From contig DATJQH010000137.1 in NCBI GenBank assembly GCA_035505955.1, forward strand, positions 2,325 through 66,324: DNA of 64,000 nucleotides. Reading direction: 5' to 3'. How positions within the stretch are numbered: the stretch's first letter is position 1; each line of letters starts with the position of its first letter. Source of the stretch: Rhodocyclaceae bacterium (GTDB taxonomy: Bacteria; Pseudomonadota; Gammaproteobacteria; Burkholderiales; Rhodocyclaceae). Positions 12,974 through 22,008 of this stretch are shown here, piece by piece. The notes beneath the pieces were generated by a model. It saw only the letters and a list, made by a program, of their open reading frames with translations, made no database searches and had not been told where the DNA came from. A program made the position numbers and the translations under genes.

Positions 12974-13420
12974 GTGAACAGAACGATATTGCTGGTCGAA
13001 GACAACCCCGACGACGAGTTCCTGGCTCTGCGGGCCTTGCACAAGAACAATGTCGCGAACGAGGTCATCGTCGCGCGCGACGGACTGGAAGCGCTGGAGT
13101 ACCTGTTCGGCGAGGGTGCACGGGCAGGCAAACCGCCCTTGCAACCGGAAGTGATCCTGCTGGATCTAAAACTGCCCAAGATCGACGGGATCGAAGTTCT
13201 ACGCCGGGTACGCGCGGACGAACGCACGCGCCGCATCCCAACCGTGATCCTGACCACTTCGGGCGAAACAGTGGACATCGAGGCCAGTTACGACAACGGC
13301 TGCAACAGCTACATTCGCAAGCCCGTTGATTTCGAGCAGTTCATCGAGGCCGTGCGCCAACTGGGCCTTTACTGGCTGGTCCTCAACAAGACGGCACAGT
13401 CCGACACGCTCGCTTCCTGA
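12974..13420 (+). CDS. single-domain CheY-like response regulator
   Basis: ILLVEDNPDDE...ILLDLKLPKIDG...YIRKP receiver motifs. The GTG at 12974 is preceded by AGGGAG; the tracked ATG at 12923 is also possible. Confidence 0.85.
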   Translation: MNRTILLVEDNPDDEFLALRALHKNNVANEVIVARDGLEALEYLFGEGARAGKPPLQPEVILLDLKLPKIDGIEVLRRVRADERTRRIPTVILTTSGETVDIEASYDNGCNSYIRKPVDFEQFIEAVRQLGLYWLVLNKTAQSDTLAS

Positions 13421-13425
13421 CCGGC

Positions 13426-15141
13426 ATGCCGGAAGGCCTCATCAAGCTGCTGTTCGCCGAGGACGTCGAGGACGACGTCGTCCTCATCCTGCGCGAACTG
13501 CGCCGGAACGGACTGCGGGTCGAGCACCAGCGAGTAGACTCCGCAGCGACAATGCGCGCCGCGCTTGCCGCGCACGATTGGGATGTCGTCATCACCGATC
13601 ACAACATGCCCGGATTCGATTCGGGCGCCGCCCTGGAGATCGTGCGCCGCCACGACCCGGACCTGCCGGTGATCATCGTCTCGGGCACCATCGGCGAAGA
13701 AATGGCCGTCGAGGCCATGCGCATGGGTGCAAAAGACTACATCATGAAGAACAACCTGCGTCGCCTCGTGCCCGCGATAAGGCGCGAACTCGACGACGCG
13801 GGCGCCCGGCAAGCCCGGCGCAGCGCCGAAGCGGCGATCCAGCATCTGGCCATGCACGATGCCCTGACCGGGCTGCGCAACCGCGCCAGTTTTCTCGCGG
13901 CGCTGGAAGGCCTGCTGAATCAAGCCCGACACGAGGACGGGCAGCACAGCCTGCTGTTTCTCGACCTGGACCAGTTCAAGATCGTCAATGACACTTGCGG
14001 CCACCTCGCGGGCGACGAGATGCTCAAGCAACTGTCGGAAGTGCTGCACCGGCCGATCCGCGGCAGTGACCTTCTGGCGCGCGTCGGCGGTGACGAATTC
14101 TGCATCCTGCTGGAAAACTGCGTGCTGGACCGGGCTCGCAGTGTCGCCGAAACCTTGCGCACGGCGGTCCATGATTTTCGCTTCCTGTGGAATGGCAAAG
14201 TGTTTTCGGTCGGCGTCAGCATCGGCATCGTCGCCATCGACAAGCACAGCGGCAGCGCCAACGACATCCTGAGCGCAGCCGACATGGCCTGTTACGCGGC
14301 CAAGGATCGCGGTCGGGACGCCATCCACGTCTATGAGCGCAATGACCAGGAAATGACCCGCCGCCGCGGCGAAATGGACTGGGTGAGCCGCATCGACGAT
14401 GCCTTGCACGCCAACCGTTTTCGCCTGTGGCGCCAGCCGATACGTCTGCTTGGCGGTGTCGGAGGGATTCACCATTACGAACTGCTGCTGCGCATGCTCG
14501 ACCCGGACGGCAATGTCGTGCTGCCCGGCGCCTTCCTGCCCGCGGCGGAACGCTACGACCGCATGCGCGACATCGACCGCTGGGTGATCGACAATGGGCT
14601 GCGATACATTGGAACCCACCGGGAGTCGGGGGACCAGTTCCACGCGATCAACCTGTCTGGCGGCTCCCTGAGCGACGACAGCCTGCGCGAATTCGTCGGC
14701 GACCGGATCGCAGCGTATGGCGTCGATCCGCGCGGCATCTGCTTCGAGATCACGGAAACGGTCGCCATCGGGAACTTCCAGGCCGCAGTCGATTTCATGC
14801 AAAACCTGCGCGGCATCGGCTGCCGTTTCGCGCTGGACGATTTCGGCAGCGGGCTGAGTTCGTTCGCATACTTGAAGTCACTGCCCGTCGACTTCATCAA
14901 GATCGACGGCAAGTTCATCCGCAACCTGCGCAGCGATCCCATGGACCGGGCGATCGTCGAAGCCATCCACCGCGTTGCACACGTTGCCAGCCTGCGCACG
15001 ATCGCCGAATTCGTGGAGGATTCGGCCCTGATCGACATCCTCGAAGGGATCGGGGTTGACTTCGCGCAGGGATACGGCGTCGGCCGGCCGGAACCCCTGC
15101 AAATCCCGGAACGAACCATCGCGGCCACTGCAACTTCCTAG
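13426..15141 (+). CDS. response regulator with receiver, GGDEF and EAL domains (c-di-GMP turnover)
   Basis: Receiver domain (VITDHNMPGFDG). Intact GGDEF (ARVGGDEFCILL). EAL-domain motifs (YELLLRM, EITETV, DDFGSG, IKIDG, EGIGVDFAQGY). Confidence 0.9.
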   Translation: MPEGLIKLLFAEDVEDDVVLILRELRRNGLRVEHQRVDSAATMRAALAAHDWDVVITDHNMPGFDSGAALEIVRRHDPDLPVIIVSGTIGEEMAVEAMRMGAKDYIMKNNLRRLVPAIRRELDDAGARQARRSAEAAIQHLAMHDALTGLRNRASFLAALEGLLNQARHEDGQHSLLFLDLDQFKIVNDTCGHLAGDEMLKQLSEVLHRPIRGSDLLARVGGDEFCILLENCVLDRARSVAETLRTAVHDFRFLWNGKVFSVGVSIGIVAIDKHSGSANDILSAADMACYAAKDRGRDAIHVYERNDQEMTRRRGEMDWVSRIDDALHANRFRLWRQPIRLLGGVGGIHHYELLLRMLDPDGNVVLPGAFLPAAERYDRMRDIDRWVIDNGLRYIGTHRESGDQFHAINLSGGSLSDDSLREFVGDRIAAYGVDPRGICFEITETVAIGNFQAAVDFMQNLRGIGCRFALDDFGSGLSSFAYLKSLPVDFIKIDGKFIRNLRSDPMDRAIVEAIHRVAHVASLRTIAEFVEDSALIDILEGIGVDFAQGYGVGRPEPLQIPERTIAATATS

Positions 15142-15166
15142 GACCGGGTCGAGGGAGGAAGAGCAG

Positions 15167-17305
15167 ATGAGGACCGATCCCCGCCACGCGTTACATGTCT
15201 TCCTCCTGGCCGCCTGCGCACTGCCCGCCGCGGCCCACGCGGATGATCCGATCTTGCTCATGTTGTCTGGCGACGAGCAACTCGTCAGCATCGCAACGGG
15301 ATCGCCGCGACCCGTATCGAAAGCTCCATCGGTCGCCACGGTCATTACTGCGGACGACATCAAGGCCACAGGCGCCACCACGTTGAGCGAGATCCTCGAG
15401 ACGGTACCCGGCGTGCATGTGTCGCGCAATGGCTTCCTTTGGCAACCGCTGTATTCGATCCGGGGCATTCTTACCGCCAATAACCCGGAAGTGCTTGTAC
15501 TGATCAACGGCATTCCAATCACCAGCGGGTTTTACGGCGATCGAGGTCGGATGATCGTAGACCTGCCGCTGGAGAGTGTATCTAGGATCGAGGTCATACG
15601 CGGACCCGGCTCGGCCCTGTATGGCGCCGAAGCGGTGTCCGGCGTCATCAATATTGTCACCAAGACAGCCGGGGAGATCGACGGCACGGAATCGGGCTTG
15701 CGCGCGGGCTCGTTCGAGACTTACGACGCCTGGGTGCAGCATGGTGGCCGCTGGAGTGAAGTCAACGTTGCCGGTTATCTGCACCTGGGTTCGACGGAGG
15801 GTTATCGCCGCACAATCGCTGCCGACGCACAGACTGCTCTCGACAGGACTTTCGGCACCCACGCTTCGCTTGCGCCTGGACCGCTGAACGTCGGTCGCGA
15901 CAGCATCGATGCCCGCCTCGACTTGTCCGGCGACAAATGGCGCTTCCGCGTAGGCTACATCGACCGCAACCATGCACAAACCGGCACGGGAGTCGCGGAC
16001 GCGCTCGATCCGCTGACCGAAGGGCACGGTACCTACACCAGTGCCGACCTCACCTGGCACGACGCCAGGTTCACCGAAAACTGGTCAGTCACCGCGCAGG
16101 CTAGCTACTACGACATCGCAGAGGAAAACACCGATGTCACATTGTTCCCGGCCGGCTCGGCATTGCCCCTTGCACTCCCCGGTGGCACAGGGTCGTCCAT
16201 CGGCATGGTCGGACGGCCGCAGCACTGGGAACGCCAGGAGCGCCTGAGCATTTCCGGCCTCTATGGCGGATTCGAGAAGCACAAGCTGCGCCTCGGAGCG
16301 GGCTACAACTTCGACGACCTGTACAAGGTCACCGAGACCAAGAACTTCACGTACATGAACGTTCCTGGCATCGGCTACGTGCCGGTCTGCGTGGACCTTG
16401 CATGTTCGATGGTCACGGCCACACAGGCCAACGGCCTCCTGTTCCTCGCGCCGCATTCGCGCAACTTGCTCTATGCGTACGCTCAGGACGAATGGTCCCT
16501 GGCGCCCGACTGGACCCTGACCGCGGGGGTGCGCCGCGACGACTACTCCGATTTCGGCGGCACCACCAACCCGCGCGTCGCGCTGGTCTGGGATACGGCC
16601 TACAACCTGACCACCAAGCTCATGGTCGGCCGCGCGTTCCGCGCACCCTCGTTCGTCGAGTTGTATGACATCAACAACCCGGCCGCGCTGGGCAACCCGG
16701 AACTGAAGCCGGAAGCCATCGACACGACGGAACTGGCGTTCGCCTGGCAGGCAAGGCCCGGGCTGCGGACCGGCCTCAGTATGTTCCACTACCGGATGCG
16801 GGATGTCATCCGCCTGACGGCAAACGCCGACCCGACAACCGGGAGCACGTTCCGGAACGCCGGCGCGCAGACCGGCAATGGCTTCGAACTGGAGTTCACC
16901 TGGGACGCCGCGACGGACGTGAAGTTGTCCGGCAACTATGCCTACCAGCGGTCGATAGACGAAACCACCCATCAGGATGCGGGACTGGCGCCGCACAACC
17001 GCGTCTACTTGCGCGCCGACTGGGCGTTCGCCGCCGGCTGGACGATCTCCGGGCAAGTCAATCGCGTTGCCGATCGCAAGCGCCAGGCGGGCGACACGCG
17101 CGCGCCGATCGCCGACTACACGACGACTGACTTGACCCTGCGGACGACTAAGCTGCACAAGGACGTTGAACTCGCCTTTTCGGTGCGCAACCTGTTCAAC
17201 GTCGACGCGCGCGAACCAACCGCGGCGGCGGCGGCCATCAATCTGCCCTACGACCTGCCGCTGCCCCGACGCAGCTTCTTCGCCGAACTGACGTACCGAT
17301 TGTGA
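15167..17305 (+). CDS. TonB-dependent outer membrane receptor (paralog 1)
   Basis: Signal peptide ending AAAHA. Plug motifs (VITADDIKATGATTLSEILETVPGVHV, IEVIRGPGSALYGAEAVSGVINIVTK) and a long beta-barrel region. ATG at 15167 with a GAGGGAGG RBS. Confidence 0.85.
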   Translation: MRTDPRHALHVFLLAACALPAAAHADDPILLMLSGDEQLVSIATGSPRPVSKAPSVATVITADDIKATGATTLSEILETVPGVHVSRNGFLWQPLYSIRGILTANNPEVLVLINGIPITSGFYGDRGRMIVDLPLESVSRIEVIRGPGSALYGAEAVSGVINIVTKTAGEIDGTESGLRAGSFETYDAWVQHGGRWSEVNVAGYLHLGSTEGYRRTIAADAQTALDRTFGTHASLAPGPLNVGRDSIDARLDLSGDKWRFRVGYIDRNHAQTGTGVADALDPLTEGHGTYTSADLTWHDARFTENWSVTAQASYYDIAEENTDVTLFPAGSALPLALPGGTGSSIGMVGRPQHWERQERLSISGLYGGFEKHKLRLGAGYNFDDLYKVTETKNFTYMNVPGIGYVPVCVDLACSMVTATQANGLLFLAPHSRNLLYAYAQDEWSLAPDWTLTAGVRRDDYSDFGGTTNPRVALVWDTAYNLTTKLMVGRAFRAPSFVELYDINNPAALGNPELKPEAIDTTELAFAWQARPGLRTGLSMFHYRMRDVIRLTANADPTTGSTFRNAGAQTGNGFELEFTWDAATDVKLSGNYAYQRSIDETTHQDAGLAPHNRVYLRADWAFAAGWTISGQVNRVADRKRQAGDTRAPIADYTTTDLTLRTTKLHKDVELAFSVRNLFNVDAREPTAAAAAINLPYDLPLPRRSFFAELTYRL

Positions 17306-19533
17306 CCCGCAGACACCACATACCCGGGCTGGCGGATCACCACGAACGCGACGCGGAAACGTCGCTTGGTGGCGTCCGTCGTCCGGACGCAAGAGCGCGT
17401 CTGACCGGGCTCATCGCCTTGGCACTCCGACTGCCCTGTCTGTTCCTGGTTGTCGCAGCCGCCCTGCCGCATCAGGCGCGCGCCGAAGATCCTCTTCTGC
17501 TGATGCTCTCGGGCGACGAACAGCTCGTCAGCATCGCCACCGGCACGCCGCAGCCGGTGTCCAAGGCGCCCTCGGTCGCGACCGTTATCACGGCCGCCGA
17601 CATCAAGGCGACCGGCGCCACCGATCTGAGCGAAATACTGGAGACCGTGCCGGGCCTTCACGTCTCCCGCAATGGCTTCTTGTGGCAGCCTATCTACTCA
17701 ATTCGTGGCATCTCCACGCAATTCAATCCGGAAGTGTTAATCCTGCTCAATGGCATTCCGATCACGAACGGCTTCTACGGTAATCGCGGTAACCAGATGG
17801 GCGGTTTCCCGGTCGATCATGTTTCCCGCATCGAGGTGATACGCGGCCCGGGTTCGGCGCTGTACGGCGCGGAGGCAGTATCCGGGGTTATCAACATCGT
17901 CACGAAGACCGCCAACGAGATCGACGGCACCGAGTTCGGGCTGCGCGCCGGCTCCTTCGACACTTACGACGGTTGGGTCCAACACGGCGGCCGAGTCGGT
18001 GAGGTCGATGTCGCCGCCTACCTGCGACTGGGCCACACCGACGGTTTCCGCCGCACGATCGAAGCGGACGCCCAGACCGCACTCGATAGCGCGTTCGGCA
18101 CCCACGCGTCCCATGCGCCGGGGCAAATCAATACCGGTTACGACTCTATCGACGCGCGTCTCGATTTGTCTTTCGATAAATGGCGTTTTCGCACCGGATA
18201 CATCGGACGGCCAAACCTGGAAATGGGAGCCGGCGTTGCCGATGCGCTCGACCCCACGACCAAGTCCGACGCCCACTATGCCAACGCCGATCTCACCTGG
18301 CATGACGCCAAGTTCAGCCAAGACTGGGATGTTACCGCGCAGGCCAGCTACTACGATATTGCCGAGACCAACAGCGACGTCACCCTGTTTCCGGCCGGCT
18401 CGGCGTTGCCATTGCCGCTGCCCGGCGGCACGGGTTCCACTATTGGCATGGTCGGCAGACCCCAGCACTGGGAGCGGCAGGAGCGGCTGAGCCTGTCCGG
18501 ACTCTACGGCGGACTCGAAAGGCACAAGCTGCGCGTCGGAGCCGGCTACAACGTGGACGATTTGTACAAGACCACGGAAACCAAGAACTTCACCTTCGCG
18601 GGCGGCGTGCCAGTGTGCATAAACCTCGACTGCTCGATGGTCACGGCCACCGAGGCCAACGGGCTGCTGTTCCTGTCGCCGCATCTGCGTCGCTCCTACT
18701 ACGCATACGCCCAGGACGAATGGTTTTTCGCGCCGGACTGGACCCTGACCGCCGGTTTGCGCCACGACCGCTATTCCGATTTCGGCGGCACGACCAATCC
18801 GCGCCTCGCCGTCGTCTGGGATACGGCCTACAATCTGACCACCAAGCTGATGTTCGGCCGCGCCTTCCGAGCGCCTACGTTCGTCGAGTTGTATACCGTC
18901 AACAACCCGGCGTCGCGCGGCAATCCCGACCTGAAGCCGGAAACCATAGACACTACCGAACTGGCCTTCGCCTGGCAGGCCCAGCCCAATCTTAAGACGG
19001 GCCTCAACCTGTTCCACTACCGGATGCAGGACGTGATCCGGTACGTTGCCAATGCCGACCCCTCCACCGGCAGCACTGCGCAGAACGCGGGCGACCAGCA
19101 TGGCAGCGGCTTCGAACTGGAATTCGCGTGGGACGCAACTGCCGACATTCGGCTCCTGGGCAACTATGCCTATCAGCGTTCCATCGACGAGAACACCAAC
19201 CAGGATGCCGGTTTGGCGCCACATCACCACGCCTACCTGCGGACAGACTGGCGCTTCGTTCCCGGCTGGACGCTCTCAGGCCAGGTCAATTACGTAGCTG
19301 ACCGCAAACGCCAGGCCGGCGACACGCGCCCGCAGATTGCCGACTACACGACCGCCGACCTGACGCTGCGCACCAATCGGCTGCACAAGGATCTTGAGCT
19401 TGCCTTGTCGGTCCGCAACCTGTTCGACGCCAACGCCCGCGAGCCGACCTCCGGCGCCGCTGCGGTCAACATCCCTTTCGACCTGCCGCTGCCCGGACGA
19501 AGCTACTTCGCCGAACTGCGGTATCGCTTGTAG
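17302..19533 (+). CDS. TonB-dependent outer membrane receptor (paralog 2, tandem duplicate)
   Basis: Collinear with the upstream receptor, with long identical blocks (LLMLSGDEQLVSIATG, IEVIRGPGSALYGAEAVSGVINIVTKTA, MVGRPQHWERQERLS). GTG start overlaps the previous stop (GTGA). The exact start is uncertain. Confidence 0.8.
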   Translation: MTRRHHIPGLADHHERDAETSLGGVRRPDARARLTGLIALALRLPCLFLVVAAALPHQARAEDPLLLMLSGDEQLVSIATGTPQPVSKAPSVATVITAADIKATGATDLSEILETVPGLHVSRNGFLWQPIYSIRGISTQFNPEVLILLNGIPITNGFYGNRGNQMGGFPVDHVSRIEVIRGPGSALYGAEAVSGVINIVTKTANEIDGTEFGLRAGSFDTYDGWVQHGGRVGEVDVAAYLRLGHTDGFRRTIEADAQTALDSAFGTHASHAPGQINTGYDSIDARLDLSFDKWRFRTGYIGRPNLEMGAGVADALDPTTKSDAHYANADLTWHDAKFSQDWDVTAQASYYDIAETNSDVTLFPAGSALPLPLPGGTGSTIGMVGRPQHWERQERLSLSGLYGGLERHKLRVGAGYNVDDLYKTTETKNFTFAGGVPVCINLDCSMVTATEANGLLFLSPHLRRSYYAYAQDEWFFAPDWTLTAGLRHDRYSDFGGTTNPRLAVVWDTAYNLTTKLMFGRAFRAPTFVELYTVNNPASRGNPDLKPETIDTTELAFAWQAQPNLKTGLNLFHYRMQDVIRYVANADPSTGSTAQNAGDQHGSGFELEFAWDATADIRLLGNYAYQRSIDENTNQDAGLAPHHHAYLRTDWRFVPGWTLSGQVNYVADRKRQAGDTRPQIADYTTADLTLRTNRLHKDLELALSVRNLFDANAREPTSGAAAVNIPFDLPLPGRSYFAELRYRL

Positions 19534-19537
19534 CCGC

Positions 19538-20467
19538 ATGACCCGATTCGGTCGCCTCATCGCCATCGTTGCCTTGCTGGCCAGTCTTCTGGCCTGCGGC
19601 GACGCGCTTGCGCAGACGCGAATCGCCGTTCTCTTCCCGGACTCGGCGCCGGCCGTGACGAAGCTCTATCGCACGATCATCGATGGGATGGCCACCGCGG
19701 GCGACGTACGCATCGAGAGCCGCGCCGTTTCCGAAAGTGCCTCGCCGGACGAGATAAAGGCCTGGGTGCTCGAGCAGCGCAGTCATGCAATGGTGATTCT
19801 CGGCGACGTCCCGCCGGCATCGCTGGAGTCCTTGCCTGCCACGATGACCATGGTCCGCGGTGCCAGCGCGCTGAATGACAACGCGCAATCCGGCGTCAGC
19901 CTCGCCTCGAGTCCCGCCCAGGTATTCAACCGCCTGCGCCAGATCAAGCCCGACGTTGAACGCCTGTTCGTCGTCTACCGGCCGCAGAGCACGGGCTGGC
20001 TGCTGGCTGCCGCACGCGCGGCCGCCCGCGACATTGGGCTGGAACTCAATGCGAGCGCCTGTGACGACGTGCAGCAGTCCGTCGCCGCGTTTGGTCGCAT
20101 CCTGCAACAGGCCCGCCCTGGCAAGGACGCGATCTGGCTCACGCTTGACCCCGTCGTGCCGATCAACCAAATGTTGCCGGTCCTGTTGCGCGAATCGTGG
20201 GACAGGCATCTGCTGCTGGTTTCGAACAATCCAATGGACGTCGCGAAGGGCGCGCTCTTCGCGCTCTATCCGGACTATCCCGCCATGGGCCGCCAACTCG
20301 CCGAACGGGTCAAGCGCCAGATCGCGCGGCCCGCCCTGAGCGGTCCCGAACCCAGCGAGCGCCTGCGCAGCGCCATCAATGTGCGCACTGCCTCTCACCT
20401 TGGCATCGTGCCCGGCGAACGCGAACTGCAGGGATTCGACCGCGTCTTTCCGGAGGAGCAGCGCTGA
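19538..20467 (+). CDS. periplasmic substrate-binding-like lipoprotein (ABC_sub_bind / COG2984-like) with no cognate permease or ATPase
   Basis: Lipobox LLASLLAC. Two-lobe layout with RLFVVYRPQS..GLEL...DAIWLTLDPVV...GALFALYPDY...INVRTASHLGIVP, matching my recollection of the ABC_sub_bind family. Start at the ATG at 19538, not the tracked 19394. Confidence 0.6.
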   Translation: MTRFGRLIAIVALLASLLACGDALAQTRIAVLFPDSAPAVTKLYRTIIDGMATAGDVRIESRAVSESASPDEIKAWVLEQRSHAMVILGDVPPASLESLPATMTMVRGASALNDNAQSGVSLASSPAQVFNRLRQIKPDVERLFVVYRPQSTGWLLAAARAAARDIGLELNASACDDVQQSVAAFGRILQQARPGKDAIWLTLDPVVPINQMLPVLLRESWDRHLLLVSNNPMDVAKGALFALYPDYPAMGRQLAERVKRQIARPALSGPEPSERLRSAINVRTASHLGIVPGERELQGFDRVFPEEQR

Positions 20468-21978
20468 TGAGGCCGCGCCTGGCCCACCTGTTACGGCGTC
20501 TCAGCGTGCGCCAGACGCTCATGCTCGGCATATTGCCGATGACGCTGATCGGGGCGCTGGCGGTTGGCCTGATCGCTGCAGCACTGTCGACGGAGGAAGT
20601 GGCGGCGTACCACTTGCGCGCCGGAGAACAAATGACGGCGACACTCGCTCAGCGCAGCGATCTCGCCCTGCTCTACGAGAGCAGCGTCGGCATCGCAGAA
20701 ATCGCCAACTCCTTCTTCGACAATCCGCTGGTCAAGGAAATTCGAGTGGTCGGACTGCGCGGCAATGTCCTGTTCGCGAAGACGAGCGGCAAGGAGGGCC
20801 TGTGGCAATACCCCGTAGCGCCGGCGGAAAGCACGGCGACCAGGGAATTGGACGACGTCTGGGTATTCTCGCGGCTCGTGCGCACGGCGCGCCCGGCAAC
20901 CGTCAATCCCGAACTGCCGGAAGCCGCGCTGCTCGGCGGCACGGGCGACGAAATCCTCGGCGAAGTGCACCTCGCTCTGAGCAAGGAAGCGCTGTTCAAG
21001 ACCCGCCGCAGCATCTTCTTTGGCAACATGTTCGTGGCGCTGGGATTCTCTCTGCTGGCCGTGGCCGCAACGCTCTTGATCGTGCGCAACTTCAGCCGGC
21101 CACTCGAGTCGTTGGCCGACTCCATGCACGAGGCGCGCACCGGCCGCTGGACCGATCCGCCGACACTCGACGGCCCGCGGGAAATCCGCGACATCGGCGA
21201 AAGTTACCAGGCGCTGATGAAAACGCTGCGCCAGCGCGAGGAGGAACTGCGCGACTTCAACCAGGACCTGGAAGACCGCATCCGGCAGCGGACGCAGGCG
21301 CTGGAAGCCGCGAACAAGGAACTGGAAGCATTCAGCTACTCCGCTTCGCACGACCTGCGCGCGCCGCTGCGCGCTATCGACGGCTTCGGCAAGGCGCTGA
21401 TGGAGGACTACGGCAGCGGCCTTGACCCCACGGCGCTGGAATACCTGCAGCGCATGCGGGCGGGGGCGAGCCGCATGAGCGAACTCATCGACGACATGCT
21501 GAGGCTTTCACGCATCACGCGCTACGAGATGCAGGTGGTCGAACTCGACATGAGCGAACTGGCGGAAGACATCGCCAAGGTGGTACGTGACCGCAATCCG
21601 GGGCGACAAGTCGACTTCCGCGTCACGCCAGGAATGTACGTCCACGCCGACCCGAATCTGCTGCGCATCGCTCTCGATAATTTGCTCGACAACGCATGGA
21701 AGTACACAAGCAAAGTCGCCGAGGCGCACATCGACTTCGGCTGGACGCTCCAAAATCACGACATCGTGTATGTGTTGCACGACAACGGCGCCGGATTCGA
21801 CATGCGCTTCGCCGACAAGCTGTTCGGCGCCTTCCAGAGACTCCATGGCAAGGAATTCGAGGGCACCGGCATCGGCCTCGCCATCGTCCAGCGCATCATG
21901 ATCCGCCACGGCGGACACATCTGGGCCGATGCCGAAGTCGACAAGGGCGCAACCTTCTACTTCACGCTGCCCGACTGA
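20467..21978 (+). CDS. membrane sensor histidine kinase (periplasmic domain, HAMP, HisKA, HATPase_c)
   Basis: Two TM segments flank a roughly 190-aa periplasmic region. H-box FSYSASHDLRAPLRAI, N-box DNLLDNAWKY, and G-boxes HDNGAGFD / GTGIGLAIV. ATG overlaps the upstream stop (ATGA). Confidence 0.85.
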   Translation: MRPRLAHLLRRLSVRQTLMLGILPMTLIGALAVGLIAAALSTEEVAAYHLRAGEQMTATLAQRSDLALLYESSVGIAEIANSFFDNPLVKEIRVVGLRGNVLFAKTSGKEGLWQYPVAPAESTATRELDDVWVFSRLVRTARPATVNPELPEAALLGGTGDEILGEVHLALSKEALFKTRRSIFFGNMFVALGFSLLAVAATLLIVRNFSRPLESLADSMHEARTGRWTDPPTLDGPREIRDIGESYQALMKTLRQREEELRDFNQDLEDRIRQRTQALEAANKELEAFSYSASHDLRAPLRAIDGFGKALMEDYGSGLDPTALEYLQRMRAGASRMSELIDDMLRLSRITRYEMQVVELDMSELAEDIAKVVRDRNPGRQVDFRVTPGMYVHADPNLLRIALDNLLDNAWKYTSKVAEAHIDFGWTLQNHDIVYVLHDNGAGFDMRFADKLFGAFQRLHGKEFEGTGIGLAIVQRIMIRHGGHIWADAEVDKGATFYFTLPD

Positions 21979-22008
21979 ACGCCAAAGCCGTTCGCGGCGG
22001 GCGGTAGA

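Noticed and set aside
13369-14802. 477-aa minus-strand ORF opposite the RR-GGDEF-EAL gene
   Set aside because: It is an antisense shadow ORF. The plus strand carries intact receiver, GGDEF and EAL motifs.
16085-19230. Long minus-strand ORFs (16085-17392 and 17737-19230) opposite the TonB-dependent receptors
   Set aside because: They are antisense shadow ORFs in GC-rich DNA. The receptor frames have plug and barrel motifs and signal peptides.
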